Assembly: GCA_002753335.1 (NCBI GenBank)
Contig: PEAD01000002.1
Coordinates: 62,001-126,000 of the forward strand
DNA: 64,000 nt
Reading direction: 5' to 3'
Origin: Nitrospirae bacterium MYbin3
GTDB lineage: Bacteria > Nitrospirota > Thermodesulfovibrionia > Thermodesulfovibrionales > Dissulfurispiraceae
Both the position numbers and the translations under genes were made by a program. Positions within the stretch are counted from its first letter, which is position 1. Each line of letters opens with the position of its first letter. Below the pieces are notes generated by a model. It made no database searches and was not told the DNA's origin. It worked only from the letters and a program-made list of their open reading frames with translations. Positions 1-9,390 of the stretch are shown piece by piece.

Positions 1-82
1 CGATAAGTTCGCAGTAAGTCTTTTCGTCGAAAACGCCTTTTTTAAAGGGGGTAACTATTGCTACTATTGAACCTTTGAACAT
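1..82 (-). CDS. dapA: 4-hydroxy-tetrahydrodipicolinate synthase, 5' end only (runs off the window)
   Basis: Manual translation MFKGSIVAIVTPFKKGVFDEKTYCELI is a typical DapA N-terminus; GGAGGT SD upstream; follows dapF. Absent from the ORF track. Confidence 0.9.
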   Translation of the reverse strand, partial: MFKGSIVAIVTPFKKGVFDEKTYCELI

Positions 83-101
83 GTTATACCTCCGTCTATT
101 T

Positions 102-935
102 TTATTCTCTGATTTGCCCTTCAAAAACTTCAACTGCCGGACCGGTCATGTAAACATGATTGTTCGGCGCCCATTCTATGATCAAATCACCTCCAGAAAG
201 ACTGACTGTAACCGTTTTATCAGAAAGCCCTTTCAACATTCCGGCAACCCCTGTTGCTGATGCCCCTGTGCCGCATGCGAGGGTTTGGCCTGAACCTCGC
301 TCCCAAACTCTCATTACGAGCCTGTCTTTGCCCTTTGCATTCACAAACTCAATGTTGGCTTTATTAGGGAATATAGGATGGTTCTCTAAGAGGGGCCCAT
401 ATTTTGATATTGGGAACTCTTCAAGGTCATCATCTATGAATATAACAGCGTGAGGATTTCCCATAGAAACAAATGTGGCTCTGAATCCTCTGTCTTCTAT
501 CACCAGTGAATAATCTTTAACTGGGTATGCGATATCTTTTGCAACCGCAACCGGAATTTTAGAAGGTTCAAAAACAGGCTCTCCCATGTCAACTCTGACC
601 ATATCGCCAGCCATTTCAGGTTTAATGATGCCTGCCAGTGTTTCTATGTTCAGAATTTTTTTCTCTGACAATTTCCGATCCCAGATATACTTTGCAAGGC
701 AGCGTATGCCGTTGCCGCACATTTCAACCTCGCCGCCGTCCGCGTTATAAATAAGCATTTTGAAATCCGCTTTTTCTGACGGGTAGAGAAGGATAAGCTG
801 GTCAGCCCCTATGCCAAAGCGTCGGTCGCAGAAAACAGCTGCAAATCTTGACGGGTCGCTCAGGGGATTCTCTAGGCAGTTGACAACGATAAAATCGTTG
901 CCGAGACCGTGCATCTTTGTAAAAGCGATTTTCAT
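102..935 (-). CDS. dapF: Diaminopimelate epimerase
   Basis: FTKMHGLGNDF, EMCGNG, GNPH and ERGSGQTLACGTG motifs; start moved to the ATG at 935, just after the lysA stop. Confidence 0.97.
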   Translation of the reverse strand: MKIAFTKMHGLGNDFIVVNCLENPLSDPSRFAAVFCDRRFGIGADQLILLYPSEKADFKMLIYNADGGEVEMCGNGIRCLAKYIWDRKLSEKKILNIETLAGIIKPEMAGDMVRVDMGEPVFEPSKIPVAVAKDIAYPVKDYSLVIEDRGFRATFVSMGNPHAVIFIDDDLEEFPISKYGPLLENHPIFPNKANIEFVNAKGKDRLVMRVWERGSGQTLACGTGASATGVAGMLKGLSDKTVTVSLSGGDLIIEWAPNNHVYMTGPAVEVFEGQIRE

Positions 936-936
936 T

Positions 937-2190
937 TTAGACAAGCTCAGGCACCGTCTCACCCTTTAACAGGTCTTTTAAGGTTTCGCGGCTTCTTATC
1001 AGCGCATGTTTACGGCCTTTTACCATAACTTCCGCAACCTTCGGACGGCTGTTGTAATTTGAAGACATGCTGAAACCGTAGGCCCCGGCGCTCATAACAG
1101 CAAGCAGTTCTCCCTTTTTTACTCCGGTTATCTCACGGCCCTTAGCCAGAAAATCTCCTGATTCGCATATTGGACCAACTATATCGGCAGCAATAATCGC
1201 CCGCTTGTTCTTGACGACCGGCTGTATATGATGGTAAGCATCATATAGTGATGGACGCATAAGGTCGTTCATTCCTGCGTCAACTATAACAAATTGCTTA
1301 TCCTGCCCTTCTTTAAGGTAAAGGGTTTTTGTCAGGAGTATTCCGGCGTTGCCCACAATAGACCTGCCCGGTTCCAGAACAACAGTAAGGTCTCTTTCTT
1401 TTAAAAGCGGCAGAAGGCTCTTTGCGAGCTGGGAGGGATGAGGAGGGACTTCATCCCTGTAAGTGATTCCCAACCCTCCGCCTATGTCGAGATTTCTTAT
1501 ACGTATCCCGTTTTTCTGCAGCTCGTCCACCAGCAGAAGAATCCGCTTGAGCGCATCAACAAAAGGCGAAATCTTCGTAAGCTGCGACCCGATATGCTTA
1601 TGTATTCCGACTGTTTCTATATTTTTAAATTTGTGTGCGAGTTTGTAATGGACAAGTGCGTTTTCTATAGGTATCCCAAATTTGTGTTTTTTGAGGCCTG
1701 TTGAAATGTATGGATGAGTTTCTGCGTCAATGTCCGGATTGATTCGCAGGGCAATCGGGGCCTTGACCCGCATGTTTCCGGCAACTCTGTCTATTTCGTT
1801 AAGTTCATCGCCTGATTCAACATTGAACATAAGTATCTTATTTTTAAGCGCATAGCGAATCTCTTCCTCGGTCTTTCCCACCCCTGCGTAAACAATTTTA
1901 TTTGCTGGGATTCCGGCTTTCAGCGCTCTATACAGTTCTCCGCCCGAAACCACGTCTGCACCGCCGCCGTGCTTTCCGAAGAGATTTAGTATCGCAAGAT
2001 TGGAATTAGCTTTTACCGCAAAGCATGTTATGTGAGGGAATCCTTTGAAGGCGTTTTCATAGGCCATGAAATGGTTTAGCAGTGTTTCATGGCTGTAAAC
2101 ATAAACAGGGGTTCCGTATGTTTTAGCTATATCTTTTAGTGCCACATTTTCGGCGTAAAGCTCACCATTTTTATATTGAAATGAATGCAT
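937..2190 (-). CDS. lysA: Diaminopimelate decarboxylase
   Basis: FAVKAN (PLP Lys), HIGSQ, DIGGG, EPGR, GPICESGD, GAYG and SNYNSRP motifs; ATG at 2190 (MHSFQY) preferred. Confidence 0.97.
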   Translation of the reverse strand: MHSFQYKNGELYAENVALKDIAKTYGTPVYVYSHETLLNHFMAYENAFKGFPHITCFAVKANSNLAILNLFGKHGGGADVVSGGELYRALKAGIPANKIVYAGVGKTEEEIRYALKNKILMFNVESGDELNEIDRVAGNMRVKAPIALRINPDIDAETHPYISTGLKKHKFGIPIENALVHYKLAHKFKNIETVGIHKHIGSQLTKISPFVDALKRILLLVDELQKNGIRIRNLDIGGGLGITYRDEVPPHPSQLAKSLLPLLKERDLTVVLEPGRSIVGNAGILLTKTLYLKEGQDKQFVIVDAGMNDLMRPSLYDAYHHIQPVVKNKRAIIAADIVGPICESGDFLAKGREITGVKKGELLAVMSAGAYGFSMSSNYNSRPKVAEVMVKGRKHALIRSRETLKDLLKGETVPELV

Positions 2191-2310
2191 AAAAATCCCC
2201 AATCTGTTTGATTTTTTATCTGTTTTTTTACCATAATAATCTTTATAAAGTCAAAGAAACAGGCTATTTGCGGCGGTTCCTGAAAATAAAAACCAACCTA
2301 GGAGATAAAC

Positions 2311-3780
2311 ATGTTTGAAAACAAGAAACCTGTATTAGCGGCGGCAATGTTCACTTTCTTGGGGCTTGTTATCGGGCTTGCTATATCATCGAATTTTAGC
2401 TTTCAGTCAAAAGGCCACACAGAAGATTCTAAAATATCTCAGGAGTCGATAGATATTTTAACAAAGTCAAATAGGGCTATGGCCGAGGTTGTTTTTGCGG
2501 TCAAGCCTGCTGTTGTAAATATATCTTCTACAAAGACCGTAAAGTCGAGGAGGATGCAGTCGCCTTTTTTTAATGATCCATTTTTCCGCCGTTTTTTCGG
2601 AGATGATTTTATGCCAGAGAGGCCGCGTGAACACAAACAGGCCAACTTGGGATCAGGTGTTATCGTTGACAAAGACGGCTACATAATGACCAACAACCAT
2701 GTCATAAAGGATGCGGATGAGATAAAGGTAAAGCTTTCGGACAAACGTGAATTCAAAGGCAAGGTGATAGGTACAGACCCTAAGACCGACATCGCGATAA
2801 TAAAGATAGACTCTAATAACCTTCCTGTTCTAAAAATGGGCGATTCGGAAAAACTGAGGGTGGGCGAAACCGTCCTGGCAATAGGCAATCCGTACGGTCT
2901 GAACCAGACAGTAACTTCCGGAATAGTCAGTGCTACAGGCAGGGCGAATGTAGGCATTGCGGATTATGAGGATTTCATACAGACGGATGCTCCTATTAAT
3001 CCGGGCAATTCAGGCGGAGCGCTCGTAAATGTTCGCGGCGAACTTGTGGGCGTAAACACCGCTATTTTCAGCACTTCTGGAGGATATCAGGGCATAGGTT
3101 TTGCAATTCCGAGCAATATGGCGAAAGCTGTCATGGAAAACCTCATCAAGGGGGGCAAGGTCGTGAGGGGCTGGCTGGGAGTTTCGATACAGCCCGTGAC
3201 TGAGGAGCTGGCCAAACAGTTTGCGCTTAAAGACGAAAAAGGCGCACTTATCGGAGACGTTATAGAAGACAGCCCTGCAGAGAAAGCGGGGTTAAAGCGG
3301 GGCGATGTGGTGGTTGAATTCGATGGCAGAGATGTTCCTGATCCTGCGGTATTTCGGAATATTGTAGCGACAACAGCTCCTGGCAAAGAGGTTGCGATAA
3401 AGGTTTTGCGCGATGGGAAACCGCTTGCTTTAAAGGCGGTAATCGCTGAACTTCCTGCCGACATGCAAAAGGCCTCGTCCGGCGGCGCTTTCGACAACAT
3501 TCTTAAAGGTGTCAATGTTCAGAATCTTGAGCAGGACCAAAGGAAAAAGCTGGACATCCCCAAACGCATAACAGGCGTTATAATTAGCGATATAGCTGAC
3601 GGCAGCCCGTCTGAAGGCATGCTTGCCAAAGGCGATGTTATTATCGAGATAAACAAAAAGAAGATAAACAACAGCAAAGAATACGAGGCTGTTGCTTCGA
3701 AGATCGGTGCGGATCAGAATGTGTTGATGCTCATTTACAGAAACGGCTCAACCATTTATCTGACACTTGCGGTTAGGTAG
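2311..3780 (+). CDS. htrA: Do/DegP/DegQ (HtrA) family serine endoprotease with two PDZ domains
   Basis: N-terminal TM segment; TNNHV, DIA and INPGNSGG catalytic triad motifs; two PDZ-like regions; AGGAG SD. Confidence 0.95.
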   Translation: MFENKKPVLAAAMFTFLGLVIGLAISSNFSFQSKGHTEDSKISQESIDILTKSNRAMAEVVFAVKPAVVNISSTKTVKSRRMQSPFFNDPFFRRFFGDDFMPERPREHKQANLGSGVIVDKDGYIMTNNHVIKDADEIKVKLSDKREFKGKVIGTDPKTDIAIIKIDSNNLPVLKMGDSEKLRVGETVLAIGNPYGLNQTVTSGIVSATGRANVGIADYEDFIQTDAPINPGNSGGALVNVRGELVGVNTAIFSTSGGYQGIGFAIPSNMAKAVMENLIKGGKVVRGWLGVSIQPVTEELAKQFALKDEKGALIGDVIEDSPAEKAGLKRGDVVVEFDGRDVPDPAVFRNIVATTAPGKEVAIKVLRDGKPLALKAVIAELPADMQKASSGGAFDNILKGVNVQNLEQDQRKKLDIPKRITGVIISDIADGSPSEGMLAKGDVIIEINKKKINNSKEYEAVASKIGADQNVLMLIYRNGSTIYLTLAVR

Positions 3781-3986
3781 GGAGTAAGCGAATCTATCGG
3801 ACTTTATCTAGAGACGGGGCAATTGCTTTTCAGCAATGAGCGTCTGGGTTATTCGATGGTCAGGTAACGTCCTGCCAGTTAATCTGTATAGTAAGCACAA
3901 AGAAAAATATCAAACAAAGCCCTAGTGGGTTGACTTAAGGCTAATCGCGAATAATGAAAGTCTGTTGCCCCTTCTTTCGTATCTTT

Positions 3987-4838
3987 CTATGCGGTGTTTT
4001 TTGCAAGCAGCTCAAGCAGTTTTTTATTAAGCTCATGATGCCGCGCCTGTTCTTTTTCTAGGTTTACGATTGCATCATCCTCTCCGTCAAAACGGCGAAG
4101 GATGTTTTTTGCAATACTTTTGTAAGAATAAAATGACAGGTCTCCGTAAATATCCGCGGCCACTGTACGGTTTCCGAGAATATCAATGCATTCAAAAAGC
4201 TCGTTCTCTTTTAGCACCCCCTGATCCCAAGATGTTTTAACCGAGTCGGCAGAGAGCACATCCTTATCGATAGAAACATAAAAAGCCCCATCTTTGTCCG
4301 CAATATATCTTTTTAGTGACCCGGCTAAAGAAGACGTCTGAGTTATACCCCAACCGCTTAAGAATATTCCGGCTTTCGATACCGGTTTAAGGCAGAAATA
4401 TTTAACCTTGCCTGACTTTAGAATGCCGAGTCTGTTTTGGATAAGATTTATTCCGTTTATGTCCTGAGAGGTGATTCCGAAGACAGCTATGCTTGCAACA
4501 TTCGGGAGCTGGGCCGCATGGTAGACCCACGAGCCGCAATGGATTCCGAAAGGCAGCACCATGTTGTCAGGATGGTTGTCGAACACGATAATATGCAATT
4601 TTTCGAAAGGTTGCAGCTTGGCAAGGGAATAGCTTACATGGTGAAAGTCTCCGCTCCCGCAGAAAAATATTTTGTGAAGCGACCCCAAACTTTGCAGCTC
4701 ATTTTCGAGCAGGCTCATATTTGCAAAGCTGGAGGCATATCTTATCCGCTCCTCAAATGCCCTTAAATCGCAGAATGATGTTTCTCCAAAAGGTTTGACC
4801 GAGGCGTCAAAATCAAGGACAATGGCGTTTGAACCCAT
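3987..4838 (-). CDS. Arginase/ureohydrolase-fold metallohydrolase of unknown substrate
   Basis: GSGDFHH, FDNHPD and SIDKD resemble arginase GGDH, DAHxD and SxDxD metal motifs; start at ATG 4838 avoids overlap with the divergent gene. Confidence 0.7.
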   Translation of the reverse strand: MGSNAIVLDFDASVKPFGETSFCDLRAFEERIRYASSFANMSLLENELQSLGSLHKIFFCGSGDFHHVSYSLAKLQPFEKLHIIVFDNHPDNMVLPFGIHCGSWVYHAAQLPNVASIAVFGITSQDINGINLIQNRLGILKSGKVKYFCLKPVSKAGIFLSGWGITQTSSLAGSLKRYIADKDGAFYVSIDKDVLSADSVKTSWDQGVLKENELFECIDILGNRTVAADIYGDLSFYSYKSIAKNILRRFDGEDDAIVNLEKEQARHHELNKKLLELLAKNTA

Positions 4839-4872
4839 GATTTTATAATACCTCAAAAGTGTATAATGTGAC

Positions 4873-5256
4873 ATGTCTGTCCATAATAATCTTAAAGCAA
4901 TATTTTTTTGGTTTCTCCTTATATCTTCCGATACCGTAGCGCAGCTTCTGCTGAAACTGGGGGCGCTCAGGGTTGCTTCATCCGGAGATATGTTTAATTA
5001 TCTCCTTTTTCTTGGATACAGTGTTTATGCGCTCTCATTTGTCGCTTGGATGCAGATACTGAAGACCACGCGGCTTTCTATCGCGCTTTCTGCCGCTTCG
5101 CTTCTTTATGTGACCATAGCCTTCGCATCTCATTTTATGCTTGGCGAAAAGATTACGGTTCAGCTGACCATCGGCACTATGCTGATATCGGTCGGAGTAT
5201 TTATCCTTGGATGGAGCGAAAGCAAGAAAAAAAAGGATTCTGAGCAGCAAAAATAG
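4873..5256 (+). CDS. Small 4-TM EamA/SMR-like transporter (ArnE/ArnF-like)
   Basis: 127 aa, four hydrophobic helices, AQLLLKLG and LGEKIT patterns of DMT-superfamily proteins. Confidence 0.8.
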   Translation: MSVHNNLKAIFFWFLLISSDTVAQLLLKLGALRVASSGDMFNYLLFLGYSVYALSFVAWMQILKTTRLSIALSAASLLYVTIAFASHFMLGEKITVQLTIGTMLISVGVFILGWSESKKKKDSEQQK

Positions 5257-5306
5257 TCAAAATCTCTTCTCTAATTTTTTTTATGCCGGTATTAACTAAA
5301 CATATT

Positions 5307-5334
5307 TTGACTCAGCCGTCGGTTATGCTAAAAT
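5307..5334 (+). promoter_or_regulatory. Sigma70-type promoter for nfnAB
   Basis: TTGACT-N16-TAAAAT with an extended TGn, 33 nt upstream of the nfnA ATG; GGAGG SD follows. Confidence 0.65.
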
Positions 5335-5367
5335 TCAGTTCAATTTTTAAAATTATGGAGGGGGAAT

Positions 5368-6255
5368 ATGGCAGATACAGCCGCAGCAACCGGGTATAAA
5401 ATCGTGCAAAAAGAAACCCTGAGCGATGTTACCAAGCTTATGGTAATCGAGGCTCCTCAGGTGGCAAAAAAGGCTCAGGCAGGCCAGTTCATCATCATCA
5501 GGATTGATGAGCGCGGGGAGCGCGTTCCACTTACGATTGCGGATTATGACAAGAGCGCCGGAACGATTACTCTTATCCTTCAGGAGGTGGGCAAGTCAAC
5601 TATGCAGCTTGGCGCGATGAATGTCGGAGATACGGTCGCCAGTTTTGCAGGACCGCTCGGACATCCTACAGAAATAAAAAACTACGGCACTGTTGTCTGT
5701 GTTGGCGGCGGTGTTGGGATCGCTCCCATATATCCTATTGCGCGGTCTCTCAAAGAGGCCGGCAACTATGTTGTCTCTATAATTGGTGCCCGCAACAAGA
5801 GCCTGCTTTTTTGGGAAGAGAAGATGAAAGCGGTGTCTGATGAACTTCATGTCTGTACAGACGACGGATCACACGGCAGAAAATGTCTCGTAACCGATCC
5901 GCTCAAGGAGCTGCTTGAATCCAAGAGAAGGGATGTCGCTCATATTTGGGCAATCGGTCCTGCGATTATGATGAAGTTCGTAGCTCTTGCCACAAAGCCT
6001 TTCAATGCCCCTACAACCGTAAGCCTTAACAGCATCATGATTGACGGGACAGGCATGTGCGGCGGCTGCCGTGTGCCTCTTACAGAAGGGGCGCAGTTCG
6101 TCTGTGTTGACGGACCTGAATTCGACGGCCACAAGGTGGACTGGAACAGCTTGATGTCGAGGCTCCAGTTTTATAAGCCCGAGGAGCAGGCGGCTGTCGA
6201 AGCGTACAAGCATAAATGCAATCTTGATATAGCTGCTGAAAAGGGAGGTGCGTAA
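5368..6255 (+). CDS. nfnA: NADH-dependent reduced ferredoxin:NADP+ oxidoreductase, small subunit (PyrK-like FAD/[2Fe-2S])
   Basis: ERVPLTIAD, GPLG, GGGVG and DGTGMCGGC..CVDGPEF (Asp/Cys [2Fe-2S]); abuts a GltD-like gene. Confidence 0.9.
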   Translation: MADTAAATGYKIVQKETLSDVTKLMVIEAPQVAKKAQAGQFIIIRIDERGERVPLTIADYDKSAGTITLILQEVGKSTMQLGAMNVGDTVASFAGPLGHPTEIKNYGTVVCVGGGVGIAPIYPIARSLKEAGNYVVSIIGARNKSLLFWEEKMKAVSDELHVCTDDGSHGRKCLVTDPLKELLESKRRDVAHIWAIGPAIMMKFVALATKPFNAPTTVSLNSIMIDGTGMCGGCRVPLTEGAQFVCVDGPEFDGHKVDWNSLMSRLQFYKPEEQAAVEAYKHKCNLDIAAEKGGA

Positions 6256-7698
6256 ATGGCTGAACTAACTGCAAAGCAACGCATGGAAATACCCAGAAAT
6301 GAGATGCCTGCTCAGGACGCAAAGGTGCGCGCAGGCAACTATCTTGAAGTTGCGCTTGGATATTCGGAAGAGACGGCTCGCGCAGAGGCAGAACGCTGCC
6401 TTCAGTGCAAAAAGCCGAAATGCGTAGAGGGCTGTCCTGTCGGCGTAAGGATTCCTCAGTTCATAAAGGCATTGCGTGAAGGGGATATGGCGCAGGCAGT
6501 TGCAGAGATGAAGATTAAAAATAACCTGCCTGCGATATGCGGAAGGGTTTGTCCTCAGGAAAATCAGTGTGAGGGCCAATGCATTGTTGGTAAAAAAGGC
6601 CAGCCTGTTGCTGTTGGCAGACTCGAAAGGTTTGTTGGAGACTATGAGCTTCAGCATCGCACGTGCCCGCTTACAAAGGCTGCTCCCACCGGCAAAAAAG
6701 TTGCTGTTGTTGGTACAGGCCCTGCAGGATTGACCTGTGCGGTTGATATAGCAAGGGAAGGCCATAAAGTAACAATGTTCGAATCTCTGCATACTCCCGG
6801 AGGAGTTCTTGTTTACGGGATTCCTGAATTCCGTCTTCCTAAAGGTGTTGTCTTTGGCGAGATAGATTATGCGACACAGTGTCTGGGGATAGATATCCGC
6901 ACAGATTATGTAATCGGCCGCACGCTTACTTTAAAAGATATTCTCGAAGAGTACGATGCTGTATTTCTTGGTACAGGCGCAGGATTGCCGATGTTCATGA
7001 GAATTCCGGGCATAAACCTGAACGGTGTAATGTCGGCCAACGAGTTTCTTACGCGGGTCAATCTGATGAAGGGTTATATGTTTCCGGAATATGACACACC
7101 TGTAAAGATCGGCAAAAAAGTGGCTGTTATCGGGGCGGGCAACGTGGCTATGGACTCTGCAAGATGCGCCTACAGGCTTCAGGCTATGCAGGCAAAAGAG
7201 GGTGAAAAACATGAAGTTCATATAGTCTATCGCCGCTCTATGGAAGAGGTGCCTGCAAGGGGGGAGGAAGTTCATCATGCAGAAGAGGAAGGCGTGATTT
7301 TTGACCTGCTCACCAATCCTGTTGAAGTTATAGACGACGGCAAAGGCAATGTGAAGGCTATGCGCTGCATACGCATGGAATTGGGAGAGCCTGATGCATC
7401 AGGCCGCAGAAGACCGGTGGAGATAAAAGGCTCAGAGTTTGATATGGAAGTTGATACTGTAATCGTTGCTTTAGGCACGAGCCCGAATCCATTGGTTTTT
7501 GTGGATGCGGATGGCTTAGAAAGAACCAAGCACGGCACGACCGTTGCAAACCTTGAAACAGGCAGAACGACCAAGCCCAAGGTTTGGGCAGGCGGCGATA
7601 TTGTTACAGGCGCCGCTACGGTTATCAGCGCCATGGGCGCAGGCAAGCGGGCAGCAGCAGACATGCATGCATTTTTGTCCGGAAACGGAACTTGGTAG
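6256..7698 (+). CDS. nfnB: NfnB / GltD-like large subunit of the electron-bifurcating transhydrogenase
   Basis: RCLQCKKPKCVEGCP, CGRVCPQENQCE, GTGPAG and GAGNVAMD motifs; paired with nfnA; no gltB nearby. Confidence 0.9.
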   Translation: MAELTAKQRMEIPRNEMPAQDAKVRAGNYLEVALGYSEETARAEAERCLQCKKPKCVEGCPVGVRIPQFIKALREGDMAQAVAEMKIKNNLPAICGRVCPQENQCEGQCIVGKKGQPVAVGRLERFVGDYELQHRTCPLTKAAPTGKKVAVVGTGPAGLTCAVDIAREGHKVTMFESLHTPGGVLVYGIPEFRLPKGVVFGEIDYATQCLGIDIRTDYVIGRTLTLKDILEEYDAVFLGTGAGLPMFMRIPGINLNGVMSANEFLTRVNLMKGYMFPEYDTPVKIGKKVAVIGAGNVAMDSARCAYRLQAMQAKEGEKHEVHIVYRRSMEEVPARGEEVHHAEEEGVIFDLLTNPVEVIDDGKGNVKAMRCIRMELGEPDASGRRRPVEIKGSEFDMEVDTVIVALGTSPNPLVFVDADGLERTKHGTTVANLETGRTTKPKVWAGGDIVTGAATVISAMGAGKRAAADMHAFLSGNGTW

Positions 7699-7708
7699 AT
7701 AAAACTTT

Positions 7709-7746
7709 TTACGAGTGAAAGCCGGTTGTCCGGCTTTCACTCGTAA
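7709..7746. terminator. Probable bidirectional intrinsic terminator between convergent nfnB and GT9
   Basis: Perfect 17-bp inverted repeat TTACGAGTGAAAGCCGG-ttgt-CCGGCTTTCACTCGTAA. Confidence 0.75.
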
Positions 7747-8707
7747 TTTCGGCACAAATATCCTCAACAGAAATTTTCAAAAGACATTCTCTGCCGCACA
7801 ATAAAGCAGTTTTTGAATCGCACGGCGCGCATTGAACATCTGCCGATACTATTTTTGCATCACCGCCTGACGGCCTCCATATAGCTGAATTTGTCGGCCC
7901 AAATATTACAATAGATTTTTTTGCAAAGATTCCTGCAAGGTGTGATATGCCTGAATCATTTCCTATGCAGATATCCGATAACGCAAGAAAAGCGGCCACT
8001 GTTGCGATATTTTTGCCGCAGACATAAAGACAGTTTTTTGAATGGTTATTGGCAAAGAGTGACAGTTGCTCTTTGAAGGCTTCGTTTTCAGCCTCCCCAG
8101 AAAACAGCACAATAAAATGATTTTCTTTTGTGATAAGTTTTTCTGCGAGTAAGAGGTATCTTTCGAGAGGCCAGCATTTAACAGGGCCTCCGCTTCCTGC
8201 ATGGATAGAAGTCAATGGTCTGTCAAAACAGTACCCTTGAGATTTGAGGCTATATTCGGCTTGTTTTTTAATGTCTGGCGGCAACACTATGAGACTGTTC
8301 CATTCAAAAGAATTTAAGGCTTGTCCGAATGCCTGCACAAAGCGATATTCAGCAGCATGTGTTGATAAATCATCCGGGATCGTCAGAATTATTTTTGTAT
8401 GAGAAATATATTTTCTGATGCTTTCGGCCACAGCAGAGTTTTTCTTTGATGAGAAAATATAAGCGAAGTCGAAGTTTCTGAGCAGTGAAGAAAGGCTCTT
8501 GTTTTCTCTTCCAGAATATAGATGCATGTAGAGCGAACTGCCCGAGTCTGTTATTTCATCCGCAAGGTTGACAGATTCAAGAAATAATCCAATATCTTTT
8601 TTGCCTGCGAAATGCAGCAGTTCATTTGTCTGTCTGAGTTTTGAGATAACTGGCAGGGAGAGCAGCAGATCGCCTAGCCCCCCATTATGGTGAATAAATA
8701 AGCGCAC
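7709..8707 (-). CDS. Glycosyltransferase family 9 (LPS heptosyltransferase-like)
   Basis: GGLGDLLL, HAGSG..KCWP, GNDSGISHLA, FGPT and C-terminal CAPC motifs. Confidence 0.9.
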   Translation of the reverse strand: MRLFIHHNGGLGDLLLSLPVISKLRQTNELLHFAGKKDIGLFLESVNLADEITDSGSSLYMHLYSGRENKSLSSLLRNFDFAYIFSSKKNSAVAESIRKYISHTKIILTIPDDLSTHAAEYRFVQAFGQALNSFEWNSLIVLPPDIKKQAEYSLKSQGYCFDRPLTSIHAGSGGPVKCWPLERYLLLAEKLITKENHFIVLFSGEAENEAFKEQLSLFANNHSKNCLYVCGKNIATVAAFLALSDICIGNDSGISHLAGIFAKKSIVIFGPTNSAIWRPSGGDAKIVSADVQCAPCDSKTALLCGRECLLKISVEDICAEITSESRTTGFHS

Positions 8708-8721
8708 CTATGTTTTGCGCA

Positions 8722-9261
8722 CTATTTCATGAACATAAGAAAACCATCCGCAAAATATATCAAACCGAATATTGAGAGAGCGAGTCCTAAGTACCACAGG
8801 GGCTTTTTCTTCATGAGCGCTGATATCGAAGAAAGCACTATCGCAAGCTGCAAATATATCACCGCAAGACCGAAGGATTTGGAATGTTTTTGGGCCTCAT
8901 CTCGAACCGTCTCAAGCGCGCGGGCATCTTTTTCTATCTTTGCTTTTTCCTCCTCATATTTTTTTATCTTTTTAGCGTAAGTGTCTATTTTTTTGTTGTA
9001 GTCTTCTGCGAGGGCTTTGGACATTTTGCCGCCAGACATTTTCAAATCCAACTCAAGCTTTTCTTTCTGCAGTTCGTAAAGATATCCTTTGATGCTTTTT
9101 GATTGAAAATATGCCCACTGGTCTGACGACTGGGTCTGTGACAGCACCGATTTGGTAGAGAATCCGCCGGCCTTAAAAGTCGAAAGCGTTGCGCAGACCG
9201 CAAGCACAACGGTTGTAAGCGCAACATAGTTCAGCCATTTTTCTTTTTTTTCTTCCGCCAT
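8722..9261 (-). CDS. DUF4337-like membrane protein
   Basis: VALTTVVLAV, SDQWAYFQSKSIK, a coiled coil and two C-terminal TMs; GGAGG SD. Confidence 0.75.
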   Translation of the reverse strand: MAEEKKEKWLNYVALTTVVLAVCATLSTFKAGGFSTKSVLSQTQSSDQWAYFQSKSIKGYLYELQKEKLELDLKMSGGKMSKALAEDYNKKIDTYAKKIKKYEEEKAKIEKDARALETVRDEAQKHSKSFGLAVIYLQLAIVLSSISALMKKKPLWYLGLALSIFGLIYFADGFLMFMK

Positions 9262-9390
9262 TTTATTTTCCTCCGGATAAAAAGTTGTTAGAAAATGCAG
9301 CGGGTAAATTTATCAGAAAGAGCGGGGTTTTTACAAGCTTAATTGCGCCTAAAGCCTTGCAATGTCTATAATGTCTATCATCAGCAAACA

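Noticed and set aside
3781..3986. SAM-I, TPP, glycine or cobalamin riboswitch, or SRP RNA
   Set aside because: Only short fragmentary resemblances; core motifs are missing and the region is downstream of both flanking genes.
6256..7698. Glutamate synthase small subunit (gltD)
   Set aside because: No gltB adjacent; pairing with a PyrK-like gene indicates NfnAB.
9361..9378. AATGTCTAT tandem duplication upstream of surE
   Set aside because: Only two copies, within a probable promoter; too little to call a binding site.
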